Of a stretch of DNA of 64,000 bases, positions 8,562-19,622 are shown piece by piece (position 1 is the stretch's first letter; each line of letters opens with the position of its first letter). Made by a program: the position numbers and the translations under genes. The DNA comes from Cyclobacteriaceae bacterium. Lineage in GTDB: Bacteria; Bacteroidota; Bacteroidia; Cytophagales; Cyclobacteriaceae. The notes under the pieces are model-generated. The model was not told where the DNA came from and made no database searches. It saw only the letters and a program-made list of their open reading frames with translations. The DNA is taken from the NCBI GenBank assembly GCA_040905205.1, contig JBBDSB010000695.1, positions 372 through 64,371 on the forward strand, read 5' to 3'.

Positions 8562-11273
8562 TTAACCGCTATAGGAAAGCTGAGGGGAGTAAGACAAATT
8601 AGGGGAGAGCCATTTTTCTGCCTGCTCCTTGCTGACCCCTTTCCTTCTGGCATAATCATCTACCTGGTCTTCACAGATTTTACCCAATCCAAAATACTTG
8701 CTTTCCGGATGTGCAAAATAATAGCCACTTACCGAAGAGGTGGGATACATGGCAAAACTATCCGTCAAGGTCATGCCTATTTCCTTTTCCACATCCAGCA
8801 ATTCAAACAAAGTACGTTTGTCGGAATGTTCCGGACAGGCAGGATATCCCGGTGCCGGGCGAATGCCTTGGTAAGATTCCTTAATAAGAAGATCATTGTC
8901 CAGCTTTTCATCCCTGGCATAGCCCCAAAGCTCCTTCCTTACTACTTCATGTAAATATTCAGCGGCTGCTTCCGCCAATCTATCCGCCAATGCCTTCAGC
9001 ATGATATCATTATAATCATCCCCTACTTTTTGGAATTCAGCCGATTTTTTTTCAATCCCCAGGCCTGCCGTAACGGCAAATCCCCCAAAATAATCCAGGT
9101 GTTGAGGATGGATGTAATCCACCAAACTCCTGTTGGGGACGCCCTTCCCTTTTCTTCCCTGTTGTCTCAGAAAATGAAAAACAAATTGTTTGCCACCGGT
9201 AATATCGGTATCTACCAGCAAATCATCTCCTGACCGATGTACTGGATAAAGCCCTACCACGCCATTTGCCTGTAACCACTTTTCGTTAACAATCCGATCA
9301 AGCATTCTATGGGCATCATCGTATAATTTATGGGCTTCTTTTCCAACGACCGGATCTGTCAGAATTTTCGGAAATCTTCCGGACAGCATCCAGGTACTAA
9401 AAAAGGGGGTCCAGTCAATATAATTTCTAATCAATTTCAGATCCATGTCCTTCATCACCTTTTTACCAATTATTTGAGGTTTCACAGGCTCATAGTTTTT
9501 CCAGTCTATGGCTACCGGGTTGTCTTTGGCTTCTTTGTAGGTTACCATTTGCTTAACCTGCTGCTTGGCCTCATGGTCTTCTCTGAGTTGTTTATAAGTG
9601 GCTTTGATTTTTTTCAGGTAGGCTTCTCTGGTTTCTTTATTGATGGCTTCTCCTGCCACAGGTACTGACTTGGAAGCATCCGAAACGTGAACTACAATAC
9701 CGCTGTACATGGGGTCGATTTTCACGGCAGTATGTATCCTGGATGTAGTGGCTCCTCCAATTAACAAAGGAATATTCAATCCCCTTCTTTCCATTTCAAT
9801 AGCCACATTGACCATTTCATCCAGTGAAGGGGTGATCAAGCCACTCAATCCTACGATATCTACCTTTTGTTTGATCGCTTCATCAATAATTTTTTCCGTT
9901 TCCACCATCACCCCCAAATCTATTATTTTATAGCTGTTACAGGCCAGAACAACCCCTACGATATTTTTCCCAATATCATGGACGTCTCCTTTTACGGTAG
10001 CCAATAAAATCTTTTTGATATTGGAAGAAAGCGCTTCACCCGCTTCATCCAATTCCGGCAAAGGCATGAAAGGTTCCAGGTAAGCCACAGCTTTTTTCAT
10101 TACCCTGGCACTTTTCACAACCTGAGGAAGAAACATTTTTCCTGCACCAAAGAGGTCGCCCACGACATTCATTCCATCCATAAGAGGACCTTCTATTACC
10201 TTCAAAGGATCATTTAGGTGAATCCTGGCCTCTTCGGTATCCGGCACAATATGATCAAGAATTCCTTTTACCAAAGCATGTTGAATCCTTTTCTCGACTT
10301 TTTCACTTCTCCATTCTTCATCTGCTTTTGATTTTTTACCGGAAGATTTAACCGTTTCCGCAAAATCAAGAAGGCACTCGGTGGCATCCTCCCTCCTATT
10401 CCATATGACATCTTCTACATGCCCCAACAAATCTTTTGGGATGTCATCATACACCTCCAACATGGTAGGGTTCACTATTCCCATGTCCATGCCGTTTTTA
10501 ATGGCATGGTAAAGAAATACGGCATGCATGGCTTCTCTGACCGGATTATTACCCCTGAAGGAAAAGGAAACATTACTGACGCCGCCACTTACCTTAGCAC
10601 CGGGAAGGTTTTTCTTAATCCAACGGGTGGCTCTAAAAAAATCAATGGCATTGGTTTTATGCTCATCCATCCCAGTAGCTACCGGAAAAATATTCGGGTC
10701 AAAAATGATGTCCTGGGGATTGAATTTGACGATTTTGGTCAGGATGTCGTAACATCTTTTACAAATCTGAATCCTGCGCTCATAGGTATCAGCCTGGCCT
10801 TTCTCATCAAAGGCCATCACCACCACTGCCGCACCAAATTTTTTGATGGTTTTGGCTTGATAAATAAATTCTTCTTCACCATTTTTGAGACTGATGGAAT
10901 TAACAATTCCCTTCCCTTGTATGCATTTCAATCCAGCCAGAATGATTTTCCATTTCGAGCTGTCAATCATGACCGGAATTCGACTGATTTCAGGTTCGGA
11001 AGCCATCAGGTTAAGGTATTTCACCATGGCTGCCTCTCCATCCAGCATGGCTTCATCCATGCATACATCTATTATTTGTGCTCCACCTCTCACCTGGTCC
11101 AAGGCTACTTCCAAAGCCTCATCAAAGTTGCCGTTTAGGATCAGCCGGGCAAATTTTTTGGATCCGGTAATATTGGCCCTTTCACCAATGTTTACAAAAT
11201 TAATTTCCGGTGTGAAGACTAAGGGTTCTAATCCCGAAAGATTTAAGGTAAGGTTATTTTTTGATTTCGTCAT
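8562..11273 (-). CDS. metH: methionine synthase, pterin-binding + B12-binding + AdoMet-activation modules
   Basis: 903 aa. LSGLEPL...[14 protein letters not shown] (pterin domain), the B12 motif [11 protein letters not shown], and a C-terminal activation domain. It lacks the Hcy-binding module, which is encoded by the ORF just upstream. Confidence 0.9.
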   Translation of the reverse strand: MTKSKNNLTLNLSGLEPLVFTPEINFVNIGERANITGSKKFARLILNGNFDEALEVALDQVRGGAQIIDVCMDEAMLDGEAAMVKYLNLMASEPEISRIPVMIDSSKWKIILAGLKCIQGKGIVNSISLKNGEEEFIYQAKTIKKFGAAVVVMAFDEKGQADTYERRIQICKRCYDILTKIVKFNPQDIIFDPNIFPVATGMDEHKTNAIDFFRATRWIKKNLPGAKVSGGVSNVSFSFRGNNPVREAMHAVFLYHAIKNGMDMGIVNPTMLEVYDDIPKDLLGHVEDVIWNRREDATECLLDFAETVKSSGKKSKADEEWRSEKVEKRIQHALVKGILDHIVPDTEEARIHLNDPLKVIEGPLMDGMNVVGDLFGAGKMFLPQVVKSARVMKKAVAYLEPFMPLPELDEAGEALSSNIKKILLATVKGDVHDIGKNIVGVVLACNSYKIIDLGVMVETEKIIDEAIKQKVDIVGLSGLITPSLDEMVNVAIEMERRGLNIPLLIGGATTSRIHTAVKIDPMYSGIVVHVSDASKSVPVAGEAINKETREAYLKKIKATYKQLREDHEAKQQVKQMVTYKEAKDNPVAIDWKNYEPVKPQIIGKKVMKDMDLKLIRNYIDWTPFFSTWMLSGRFPKILTDPVVGKEAHKLYDDAHRMLDRIVNEKWLQANGVVGLYPVHRSGDDLLVDTDITGGKQFVFHFLRQQGRKGKGVPNRSLVDYIHPQHLDYFGGFAVTAGLGIEKKSAEFQKVGDDYNDIMLKALADRLAEAAAEYLHEVVRKELWGYARDEKLDNDLLIKESYQGIRPAPGYPACPEHSDKRTLFELLDVEKEIGMTLTDSFAMYPTSSVSGYYFAHPESKYFGLGKICEDQVDDYARRKGVSKEQAEKWLSPNLSYSPQLSYSG

Positions 11274-11276
11274 GAT

Positions 11277-12320
11277 TTACTTTTCCACTGTTGATAAGTT
11301 AATCCTTCTTGGAGAAAACCTGGAAGCTGTATTTGAAATGGTAGCAATATGTTCGGGAGTAGTACCACAACAACCCCCGATAATATTTACCCATCCTTCT
11401 TTAAGAAATTCCACAATCTGTTCATTCATTTCAGAAGGTCCCTGATCATATTTTCCAAATTCGTTGGGTAATCCGGCATTGGGGTAAACACTGACATAAA
11501 AAGGAGCCTGTTCCGCTAAAATTTTTAAGTAAGGCCTTAGCTCTTTTGCCCCCAATGCACAGTTTAATCCTACACAGAACAAAGGTACATGAGAAATGGA
11601 GATCAAAAAGGCTTCTGTGGTTTGCCCGGAAAGGGTTCTGCCTGAAGCATCGGTGATCGTTCCTGATACCATTATGGGCATTCCGCCCTCATAGGGGTCC
11701 AGAGGGAGATTTCTATCCTCAAAAACTTCCTGAATGGCGAACAGGGCTGCCTTGGCATTCAGGGTATCAAATACTGTTTCCACCAATAATATATCCACCC
11801 CGCCATCCAATAGTCCTTCCACCTGCTCTTTATAGGCCGCAACCAACTGGTCAAATGAAACGGCCCGGTAACCTGGGTCATTCACGTCCGGTGAAAGCGA
11901 GGCTGTCCTATTCGTTGGCCCTATGGCTCCTGCCACAAATCTAGGTCTATTTGGGTTTTTCCCGGAATAAACATCCGCTACTTCTCTGGCAATTTTTGCC
12001 GATTCCAAATTTAATTGATAGGCCAAATCTCCTAAGCCATAGTCTTCCTGGGCTATGGAGGTACTGCTAAAGGTATTGGTTTCCACAATATCAGCTCCAG
12101 CATCAAAATAAGCTTGGTGGATTTCTCTAATTATCCCCGGTCTGGTAAGGGAAAGAAGATCATTATTTCCTTTCAGGGATTTTTTGATAGATAGAAGGGA
12201 TTCATTTCTGAAATCTTCTTCATTCAAAGCATACCTTTGGATCATGGTGCCCATGGCACCATCTAAAACTAAAATTCTCTTCTTTATTTGTTGAAGTAGT
12301 AAGTCGGTTCTATTATGCAT
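11277..12320 (-). CDS. homocysteine S-methyltransferase module of split MetH
   Basis: 347 aa. LDGAMGT, and [11 protein letters not shown] Zn-binding Cys motifs. It ends with TAA one codon before, and in frame with, the metH ATG. Confidence 0.9.
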   Translation of the reverse strand: MHNRTDLLLQQIKKRILVLDGAMGTMIQRYALNEEDFRNESLLSIKKSLKGNNDLLSLTRPGIIREIHQAYFDAGADIVETNTFSSTSIAQEDYGLGDLAYQLNLESAKIAREVADVYSGKNPNRPRFVAGAIGPTNRTASLSPDVNDPGYRAVSFDQLVAAYKEQVEGLLDGGVDILLVETVFDTLNAKAALFAIQEVFEDRNLPLDPYEGGMPIMVSGTITDASGRTLSGQTTEAFLISISHVPLFCVGLNCALGAKELRPYLKILAEQAPFYVSVYPNAGLPNEFGKYDQGPSEMNEQIVEFLKEGWVNIIGGCCGTTPEHIATISNTASRFSPRRINLSTVEK

Positions 12321-12390
12321 ATCGTAACTATTATTAAAAAGCTTATACGAGCAAGAACCGTGATAAAATGAGATGATTGATCTATCCTAT

Positions 12391-12495
12391 GCGGCTCATC
12401 TTTATCCGGCATTTCCGGAACGGGAATTAGCACCTTGCATTTTCAGGTTGCTAAGACATCATAGGGCCCTTCCCTCCGTCTTTCTCGATAAGCAA
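12391..12495 (-). promoter_or_regulatory. SAM-I (S-box) riboswitch
   Basis: Minus strand reads CUUAUCGAGAAAGACGGAGGGAAGGGCCCUAUGAUGUCUUAGCAACC...GGUGCUAAUUCC...GAUAAAGAUGAG. This matches the conserved S-box core (P1 CUUAUC/GAUAAG, GAGGGA, GCAACC, GGUGCUAAUUCC). It lies about 70 nt upstream of the first met gene. Confidence 0.85.
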
Positions 12496-12596
12496 TAACA
12501 AAAGTAACATGAATTTGCTGAAAAAATTACCATTTACACAAAAACTTTAGATTCTTCGGGTTAATCCCTACAACCTTCCGAGTGGTTCCATTTGGA

Positions 12597-13907
12597 TCAG
12601 GGCCTGAATCCCAATCCAAACTGAATATAGGGCCCTGAAAGGTAATTGGCCATGGCTAATTCCCCCAAACGATACCGGCTTAAAGGAATCTCGTATCCGC
12701 TGTGGACGGAATACACCAATCTAAACTTCCTTTGAATGATTGGTGTGGAATAAGAAATAAACACCTCGGGTTTTGCCATCAACCCTTGATTACTTAAATA
12801 GCCATCAAAATCGGGATCTTCAAATAACCTCGGAAAATCCGGTTTAAAATTATTTTCCAGGGTATACCGGATGTTCCCATATCCAATGCCACCCATGGTC
12901 CCCAATTCCAAATTACGACGCTTATAAAGCAGGTAACCATAATTGCCATAAACCCTTACACTATTCAGGGTCTGAGTATAGGCTTCGTTTCCAGTGGCTT
13001 TATTCGAAATATTAAAAATATCTATGGCATAGACTCTTCTCCTGTTTTCTCCAATAACCTTTAAACCAAAATTCCCGGGAATTTTATCGAAGGGTTGGTA
13101 TCCATGTTCTTCGAGCATTTCATTCAGTGCGTTAGGACTTTTAAAATTTAAACCATAAAAAATATGGATACCCAAACCGGCATCCGGAAAAAACAGGTTT
13201 TGGCTCGGCATAGAAATATCGGTGCCAATCCTAAAAAACGCACCACTTTGCAAATTATCAAATGAGGTTCCATTTATCCGCCATGAATCCTCAAAGGGAC
13301 TAAAAGAATAACCGAATTTCCCCATAATTCCCACGGTCTCCTCCAGGCCAGGGAGTTCAAAATCATAACCAAACTGAAAACCAATTTCAGTAAGGAATGA
13401 CCCGAAATTTTCACTGCCTTTTTGAATATCATTTTTCCTCAGTACAAAACCCTGGGCAGGATTTTCAAGAAATTGGCCAAGGTCTTCTACCTTTCTTTCA
13501 TCTTTTAACATTTGAAAATTGAGGTATCCAACTCCCAATGACATGTAATGAACCAGATGGAACCTTCCCTCTTCCGTAAGTGAATAACCCACATTGGCGA
13601 AAAACCGGGTAGTCCTGGAATCCAAATGATATCCCCTGAATATACTTTTGGATCCATTGTTCTGGTAAAGCTCAAATCCCACAATGAAATCATTGAATCT
13701 GTATTGGTAGCCTAATCCAAAAGTGGTGTACCCGCCTCTCAATGGGCTTATCCCCTTGTTTTGTAGCATTTCATTAAACTCCCTGATGTTGGAACCAGAG
13801 GTTCCTCCCAGAAAATATACCGTGGAGCGCTCTGTCGATTTATTTTGTGACTTAGCATCTAAGGAAAAAACCAAAAAAGCAACAAAAATTAAAACGATTG
13901 ATCTCAT
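12597..13907 (-). CDS. hypothetical outer-membrane beta-barrel-like protein
   Basis: 436 aa with signal peptide MRSIVLIFVAFLVFSLDAKSQ. It is rich in G/Y/F alternating segments and has an aromatic-rich C-terminus (YIQFGLGFRP). Confidence 0.5.
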   Translation of the reverse strand: MRSIVLIFVAFLVFSLDAKSQNKSTERSTVYFLGGTSGSNIREFNEMLQNKGISPLRGGYTTFGLGYQYRFNDFIVGFELYQNNGSKSIFRGYHLDSRTTRFFANVGYSLTEEGRFHLVHYMSLGVGYLNFQMLKDERKVEDLGQFLENPAQGFVLRKNDIQKGSENFGSFLTEIGFQFGYDFELPGLEETVGIMGKFGYSFSPFEDSWRINGTSFDNLQSGAFFRIGTDISMPSQNLFFPDAGLGIHIFYGLNFKSPNALNEMLEEHGYQPFDKIPGNFGLKVIGENRRRVYAIDIFNISNKATGNEAYTQTLNSVRVYGNYGYLLYKRRNLELGTMGGIGYGNIRYTLENNFKPDFPRLFEDPDFDGYLSNQGLMAKPEVFISYSTPIIQRKFRLVYSVHSGYEIPLSRYRLGELAMANYLSGPYIQFGLGFRP

Positions 13908-13986
13908 AGATTTTCAGAAGGCTGTATTGTTATCAATTTTGATTGCAATGTGCAGATGGGTAACCATAGAAAAAACATAATAAACA

Positions 13987-16900
13987 TCAAAGGTATTTGA
14001 TGATTTTTCCATAAAGGTTTTCAGGGGTAAATGGTTTGGATATATAATCATCCATTCCCGATTCTTCCAATCGATCTTTAACCTCCAATAAGGATGATGC
14101 CGTCAATGCGATAATAGGAATGTTTTTCTTGGCCACCAAATCCAGTTTGCGAATTATTTTGGCCACCTCGAAGCCATCCATGACGGGCATTTGTAAATCC
14201 AGCAACACCAAATCAAAGTCATTTTTAAAAAACAACTCCAGGGCCAACTTTCCATTAATTGCAAACATGATTTCACCCACTCCCCATTTGGAAAGGTATT
14301 TTTTTAAAAGTATTTGGTTTACCTGATTGTCTTCAGCCACCAAGATCCGCTTAGCTTCCAGGTTATTTTCCTGATACCCCTTATTGTCCGACAACAATTT
14401 TCCTTCCATTCCCTTTTGTATTTCAAAATTTACTTCAAACCAGAAAGTTGAACCTTCACCTTCTTTGGAATCAATATGAATGTCTGATCCAAACAATTTG
14501 CTAAGTTTTTTCACAATGGCAAGTCCCAAACCGGTTCCCCCATATTTTCTGGTCGTATCAGAACTCGCCTGGGTAAAGGCCTCAAAAATACTCTCCACCT
14601 TGTTAGCTGGTACGCCAATACCCGTGTCCTGAACCGTAAATCGGACTTTTACCATTTCATCGGATTGGTTGGCCAATTTCAGGGAAATCTTAATAAAACC
14701 CCTGTCGGTAAATTTTATTGCATTACTTATTAAATTATTCAATATCTGTGCGATCCGCATTGGATCACCGATCAGGTATTTTGGAATATTCCTATCAGGT
14801 TCGAAAATCATTTCCAAGGATTTTTCCCTTACCTGATAGGCATAGGAATGGGTGAGCCTATTGATCAGGTTATTGGGCTCGAAAGGTACCTTTTCCAGCT
14901 CAATTTTACCACTATCGATTTTGTTAAAATCCAAAATGTCATTAATAAGCCCCAATAAATTTTCAGCTGAAAACTGCAAGGTGCGAAGGTTTTCCAATTG
15001 ATCTTCTCTAGGATTTTCTTCCAACAGCAAATGGGAAAGTCCAATTACCGCATTCATAGGTGTCCTAATTTCATGGCTCATCACTGATAAAAACTGGCTT
15101 TTTGCATTGAGGGCTGATTCAGCTTTTTCCTTTGCCTTGTAAAGTTCCTTCTGCGTTTCTTTTAGCTTGGTAATATCCCTGGCGATTCCTGTATAGTACC
15201 TTATCTCACCCTTTTCATCTCTGATGACTTTTCCACTTGAACTAAAAACCCTGTAATGGCCCTTTTTATGCCTCAATCTAAATTCAAAAACAGGGTTTTT
15301 TTGAAAATAATTGATAGGATTCTCTTGGTTTTCCAAAAACGCCAAGGCATCCTCAGGGTGGAGATAATCGGTAAAGTCTCCACTTGTAAATTCAAAGGTT
15401 TCGTATCCTAAAAATTGCTTAATATTTGGGGAAACATAGCTCAATTCCATGTGGGCGGTAATGGAAAAAATGATTTCCGTAGATTCTTCTACAAGATTTC
15501 GATATTTTATTTCGCTCTTTTTTAATTCTTTTTTTGCTTTGAATTCTTCGGAAATATCCCTGACAATACCTAAAATATATTCCAGGTTATCTCCATAAAA
15601 GATAGGTTTGGCCGTAAGTTCATAAACACGGTTCATATAGTTAAGTGTTTTGCTTACCGTATTCCTATTTAGCAGGGCTTCGTCCACCAGAGGAGCAATT
15701 TCCTGAATATTGGTGGTATGGGCTTCATAGATGGTTTTTCCCTCAAAATAGGTCTTATCCAATCCCCAGTATTTAAAATTGGACCCTTCCGCTACCAGGT
15801 AGGAAAGGCTCCTGTCAATTAAAAAAACATTGGTAAAAGGAATATTGGAGGCAAGAACGCGGTACCTGTTTTTAATGTTTTCAATTTCCAACCGGTCATT
15901 TTTCCTTTCTGTAACATCCTGAAACAATCCTTCATAAAGTATTACATTTCCTGCCTGATCATAAATCGGTCTGATTTTATCCTCCACCCAAATGTGATCC
16001 CCATTCGCTTTAAGCAATCGGTATTCTCGGCTGTATTGGGTCCGATCAGGGCGAAACAACTCCTTTTCAAAGACACAAAGATCACCTGAAAATATCAATT
16101 GTTTCAAAGTGGCATTTTCTTTTAAGAGCTGCTCGGCTTTGTAACCAAATTGTCGGATGTTTTCCGTCACATAGGTGAATTGAAAATCCAAATGAGGGTC
16201 AATAACAAACAGCACTGCCGGACTGTTTTCGATAATAATCTTTGCTTTTTTGGCCAAATCTTCCCTTAAGATCTTTGAGGTAAGGTTTCGGATAAGAAAA
16301 GAATACCCGACTTTTTCCACTTCCAAATTTTGAATGGGTTTGACCGAAACTTCATAAGGTTGGACATTACCGGAATTGTCCAACATCGGAACATCTTCCA
16401 CCCAAATCCCTGCTTCATTGGCTTTTTGAACCAAGCCTTTAAAAGATTGGGATGGGGCATTCATAATTTGAAAAAAATCACTGATCTTGCCCTGTTCAGC
16501 AGGTTTAGGTTCCCCCTCAAAAATAGCGGCCTGGTTCATATAAATTACTTTGAGATTCAAATCGGTAACATAAATGGATTCATTGACTTGTGCCAATATT
16601 TGGGACTCAAAGAGCAATTTTCTCTCAACTGTTTTCTTTTCGGTGATATCATTGCAATAACCAAATACCTCCAGATTATTTTGGGAACTTAATTGATTTA
16701 CCTGAATGCCGTACGCAATGTATTTTTCTTTTCCATTCGAGTTGGTATAAATAAAATCACCGGAAACTGCTTTTCTCTTATAAATCGCCTTTTGAATTTT
16801 CGCCCTCACCTTTTCCTTGTCCTCTAAACCGATGAGATTTAAAAAATTTCTGATGCTCATTACTTCCACATTGGTCTCCAACTCAAAAATTCGGTTAATG

Positions 16901-17940
16901 CCTTTCGAAAAATAAATTTTCCTGTCCCCATTATTAAAACGCCAGGAACCTGATTTGGCTAAAATCTCCGTAGAGCTCAAAAGTTTTTCATTTCTGAACA
17001 ATTCTGATTTAGTGGACCGGTTTAAAATGGCTGCTCCAAATACATCTCCCAGTTGCCGCAAAACGTATATATCCTTAAAACCGGATGCCCAATGCGGATT
17101 GCTTTCGGCATTACTCAAGGTATACACTCCCAGGAGTTTGTTTTCTGCAAAAATAGGAACCGAAATAAAGGATTTGACATCAAATTTATGCGCAATGATT
17201 TTTTCAAAGGCCAAACTCTCCTTCATTTCCTCCAAATCAGGTACAACCCTAATTCCACTTTCTGCCAATTCATGAATAAAGCTTTCCTGACCTGAAAAGG
17301 AGAGGGATTGATAAATTAATTTTTCATCTTCTTCCTGTGCCTTTTTCCATTCGAAAACACATTCCAAAATTTTCAAATCATGATGCACCAAAAAAAAGTT
17401 TGACCTATCCGCATTTTGATATAAGCCCATCAAGGACATGGCTTTTTTAAAAACAAAATCCCATTCATCATCCGTTGCATTTAAAAAACTGGTCGATACC
17501 CAGTTGATCATTCTTTCGAGTTCGATTTTCCTATGCAAAAGTATATCCACATCCGTGTTTAACGAGGGTTTTTTTGGGGAATCCTTGAGAGAATGACTTT
17601 CCTGAAGTAAGTAATCAGGCGAGGGAGCGAAGCCATTGACCATGCAAATTTTTCCTTTGCCAGGGAGGGTTTTACCGATTATTTGTATTTCAAATTCCAT
17701 TTCCTCTCTTCTAAGAGAGAATACTTTTGTCAATTGAAGGTCAGGGTTTTGCTTAAAAAATAACTTGATTTCCTTTTCCAATCCCGAAAATGAGGCAAGG
17801 TGGTCTTCCCAATTATTACCTGGATTTTTTATAGCTTCCCAATTACCCTCACTAAAAATGACCTGGCACTCATCAAAAACCAAAAATAATTTCTGGTTTT
17901 TTTTATCATGAAGGAAACTTTTTACCAATCCTTTTTCCAT
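13987..17940 (-). CDS. hybrid sensor histidine kinase (GAF/multiple PAS, HisKA, HATPase, receiver)
   Basis: 1317 aa. H-box SHEIRTPMN, N/G boxes (NLISNAIKFT, DTGIGV, GGTGLGL), and a C-terminal receiver (DLVLLDLQMPVMDG ... SKP). Confidence 0.9.
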   Translation of the reverse strand: MEKGLVKSFLHDKKNQKLFLVFDECQVIFSEGNWEAIKNPGNNWEDHLASFSGLEKEIKLFFKQNPDLQLTKVFSLRREEMEFEIQIIGKTLPGKGKICMVNGFAPSPDYLLQESHSLKDSPKKPSLNTDVDILLHRKIELERMINWVSTSFLNATDDEWDFVFKKAMSLMGLYQNADRSNFFLVHHDLKILECVFEWKKAQEEDEKLIYQSLSFSGQESFIHELAESGIRVVPDLEEMKESLAFEKIIAHKFDVKSFISVPIFAENKLLGVYTLSNAESNPHWASGFKDIYVLRQLGDVFGAAILNRSTKSELFRNEKLLSSTEILAKSGSWRFNNGDRKIYFSKGINRIFELETNVEVMSIRNFLNLIGLEDKEKVRAKIQKAIYKRKAVSGDFIYTNSNGKEKYIAYGIQVNQLSSQNNLEVFGYCNDITEKKTVERKLLFESQILAQVNESIYVTDLNLKVIYMNQAAIFEGEPKPAEQGKISDFFQIMNAPSQSFKGLVQKANEAGIWVEDVPMLDNSGNVQPYEVSVKPIQNLEVEKVGYSFLIRNLTSKILREDLAKKAKIIIENSPAVLFVIDPHLDFQFTYVTENIRQFGYKAEQLLKENATLKQLIFSGDLCVFEKELFRPDRTQYSREYRLLKANGDHIWVEDKIRPIYDQAGNVILYEGLFQDVTERKNDRLEIENIKNRYRVLASNIPFTNVFLIDRSLSYLVAEGSNFKYWGLDKTYFEGKTIYEAHTTNIQEIAPLVDEALLNRNTVSKTLNYMNRVYELTAKPIFYGDNLEYILGIVRDISEEFKAKKELKKSEIKYRNLVEESTEIIFSITAHMELSYVSPNIKQFLGYETFEFTSGDFTDYLHPEDALAFLENQENPINYFQKNPVFEFRLRHKKGHYRVFSSSGKVIRDEKGEIRYYTGIARDITKLKETQKELYKAKEKAESALNAKSQFLSVMSHEIRTPMNAVIGLSHLLLEENPREDQLENLRTLQFSAENLLGLINDILDFNKIDSGKIELEKVPFEPNNLINRLTHSYAYQVREKSLEMIFEPDRNIPKYLIGDPMRIAQILNNLISNAIKFTDRGFIKISLKLANQSDEMVKVRFTVQDTGIGVPANKVESIFEAFTQASSDTTRKYGGTGLGLAIVKKLSKLFGSDIHIDSKEGEGSTFWFEVNFEIQKGMEGKLLSDNKGYQENNLEAKRILVAEDNQVNQILLKKYLSKWGVGEIMFAINGKLALELFFKNDFDLVLLDLQMPVMDGFEVAKIIRKLDLVAKKNIPIIALTASSLLEVKDRLEESGMDDYISKPFTPENLYGKIIKYL

Positions 17941-18133
17941 TATTCAAAATAGACAATTTTTGTAAACTTTCCCGAATTTAAACTGATTATCAATTGGTTA
18001 ATTTGAAAGGCTAAATATAAAAACTTAATTTAACAACAATATTCTAAATTTAGAATTTTAATACTTTAAAATCCAACTTTAATTCTTTTGTGCATTTAAT
18101 TTTACCATTCAAATATAACTTTTTCTATAGAAA

Positions 18134-18373
18134 TTATATTTTTTTCCGTAAATCCTCAAAATCTCCGTCCTTAATGATTTCATTGTTCACCACGGCTATT
18201 GGACCGGATTTACAGAAATCCATACATTTTGTTTTGACCATTTTATATTTACCCTTGTTGGTTTCATGGGAGAGGATATTTTTTATTTCTTTCAGAAAAG
18301 CTTTACAGCCGTTTTTCTTACAGTCTGATCCGGTACAAACAAAAATAAATTTTCGGTATTTTCCCATTTCCAT
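18134..18373 (-). CDS. thioredoxin-like [2Fe-2S] ferredoxin domain protein
   Basis: 79 aa with the Cys pattern C-x4-C ... C-x3-C (VCTGSDC ... KCMDFC). Confidence 0.65.
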   Translation of the reverse strand: MEMGKYRKFIFVCTGSDCKKNGCKAFLKEIKNILSHETNKGKYKMVKTKCMDFCKSGPIAVVNNEIIKDGDFEDLRKKI

Positions 18374-18378
18374 AAACT

Positions 18379-19620
18379 TTAACCACTAAATGCCCATTGC
18401 AATAAAATCCCGCATAAATAAGCCCCGTAGGTCCCTACCCCATACCCCAAAACAGCCAACAATACCCCTACAGGTGCCAAAGAAGGATGAAATGCCGATG
18501 CTACAATGGGTGCCGAAGCAGCGCCCCCAACATTGGCTTGGGAACCGACCGCCACATAAAAAAACGGGGCTTTGATAAGGTAGGCCACCAATAACATAAG
18601 GAAAACATGTACCATCATCCAAACGATCCCAATAAGGAAAAAAACAGGATTGTCCAATAAAGCCCTTAAATCCATCTGCATGCCGATGGTGGCCACCAGG
18701 ATATATAACAATACGCTGCCTATTCTGGAAGCCCCTGCACCCTCGAGACGCCTGGCCCTGGTAAAGGAAAGAAGTATCCCCCCCGTCGTGGCAATTATGA
18801 TGATCCAGAAAAAATTCGAATCCAAAGAATACTGTTTTAAGCCAGGATAGTTTTCGGCTATTCCATTGGCCCATAAATTACCAAAAAAATGTGCCGCGCC
18901 CGTTACGACAAATGCCAAGCCCAATATGGACATGGTATCCGCCAGGGTGGGTATTTTCATAATTCCCTTTCTGTAATTTTCCACCTTTTCCCTTAGTTCA
19001 CCCAATGCACTGGTATCCGAATTCAACTTTTTATCAATGAATTCCGGGTTGGCAGCCCAATACAATAGAAAGGCCATCCAAATATTGGCCACGATTACAT
19101 CCACGGCAATCATTTGGCTAAACAGGATAGGGCTGGCACCGAAAACCTCCAACATCGCTGTTTGATTGGCGCTGCCCCCAATCCAACTGCCTGCTATGGT
19201 GGCAAGCCCCCTCCATGTCTCTTCTGCGCCAGACCCTCCCAAGGCTTCTGGATACCACATGGACACAAAGTACAAAGCCAAAGGACCCCCCAGTATAATT
19301 CCAAAAGTACCCGTAAAAAACATAATCAGGGCTTTTGGTCCCAATTTCAAAATTCCCTTGATATCAATGCACAGGGTAAGTAATACCAAAGATGCCGGCA
19401 ACATGTACCTGGAAGCCACGTAATACAATTGGGACTCCGATCCTGAAATGATGCCAAAAGTATTCAAAAGAGCGGGTAAGAAATAGCACAATAATATGGT
19501 GGGCACAAACCGGTAAAATTTTTTAAAAAATATATGATCAAGGGAGGAAGTATAAAATACCAGCCCCAAAATCCCCATTAGTAAGCCAAAGACTACCGCA
19601 TCATTGCTGATATATTCCAT
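18379..19620 (-). CDS. polytopic membrane protein, DUF819/YjcL-like putative transporter
   Basis: 413 aa, at least 10 TM segments. The family assignment comes from remembered resemblance only. Confidence 0.5.
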   Translation of the reverse strand: MEYISNDAVVFGLLMGILGLVFYTSSLDHIFFKKFYRFVPTILLCYFLPALLNTFGIISGSESQLYYVASRYMLPASLVLLTLCIDIKGILKLGPKALIMFFTGTFGIILGGPLALYFVSMWYPEALGGSGAEETWRGLATIAGSWIGGSANQTAMLEVFGASPILFSQMIAVDVIVANIWMAFLLYWAANPEFIDKKLNSDTSALGELREKVENYRKGIMKIPTLADTMSILGLAFVVTGAAHFFGNLWANGIAENYPGLKQYSLDSNFFWIIIIATTGGILLSFTRARRLEGAGASRIGSVLLYILVATIGMQMDLRALLDNPVFFLIGIVWMMVHVFLMLLVAYLIKAPFFYVAVGSQANVGGAASAPIVASAFHPSLAPVGVLLAVLGYGVGTYGAYLCGILLQWAFSG

Positions 19621-19622
19621 TT

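Noticed and set aside
10419-11138. 239-aa ORF antisense to metH (and the other antisense ORFs within metH/metF, tamB, the kinase gene and nosZ)
   Set aside because: These are shadow ORFs opposite strongly supported, full-length conserved genes. Their translations are low-complexity and have no motifs.
18386-18874. 162-aa alternative-frame ORF inside the DUF819-like gene
   Set aside because: Same reasoning: the main frame encodes a continuous polytopic protein, and the alternative frame is Gly/Cys/Arg-rich junk.
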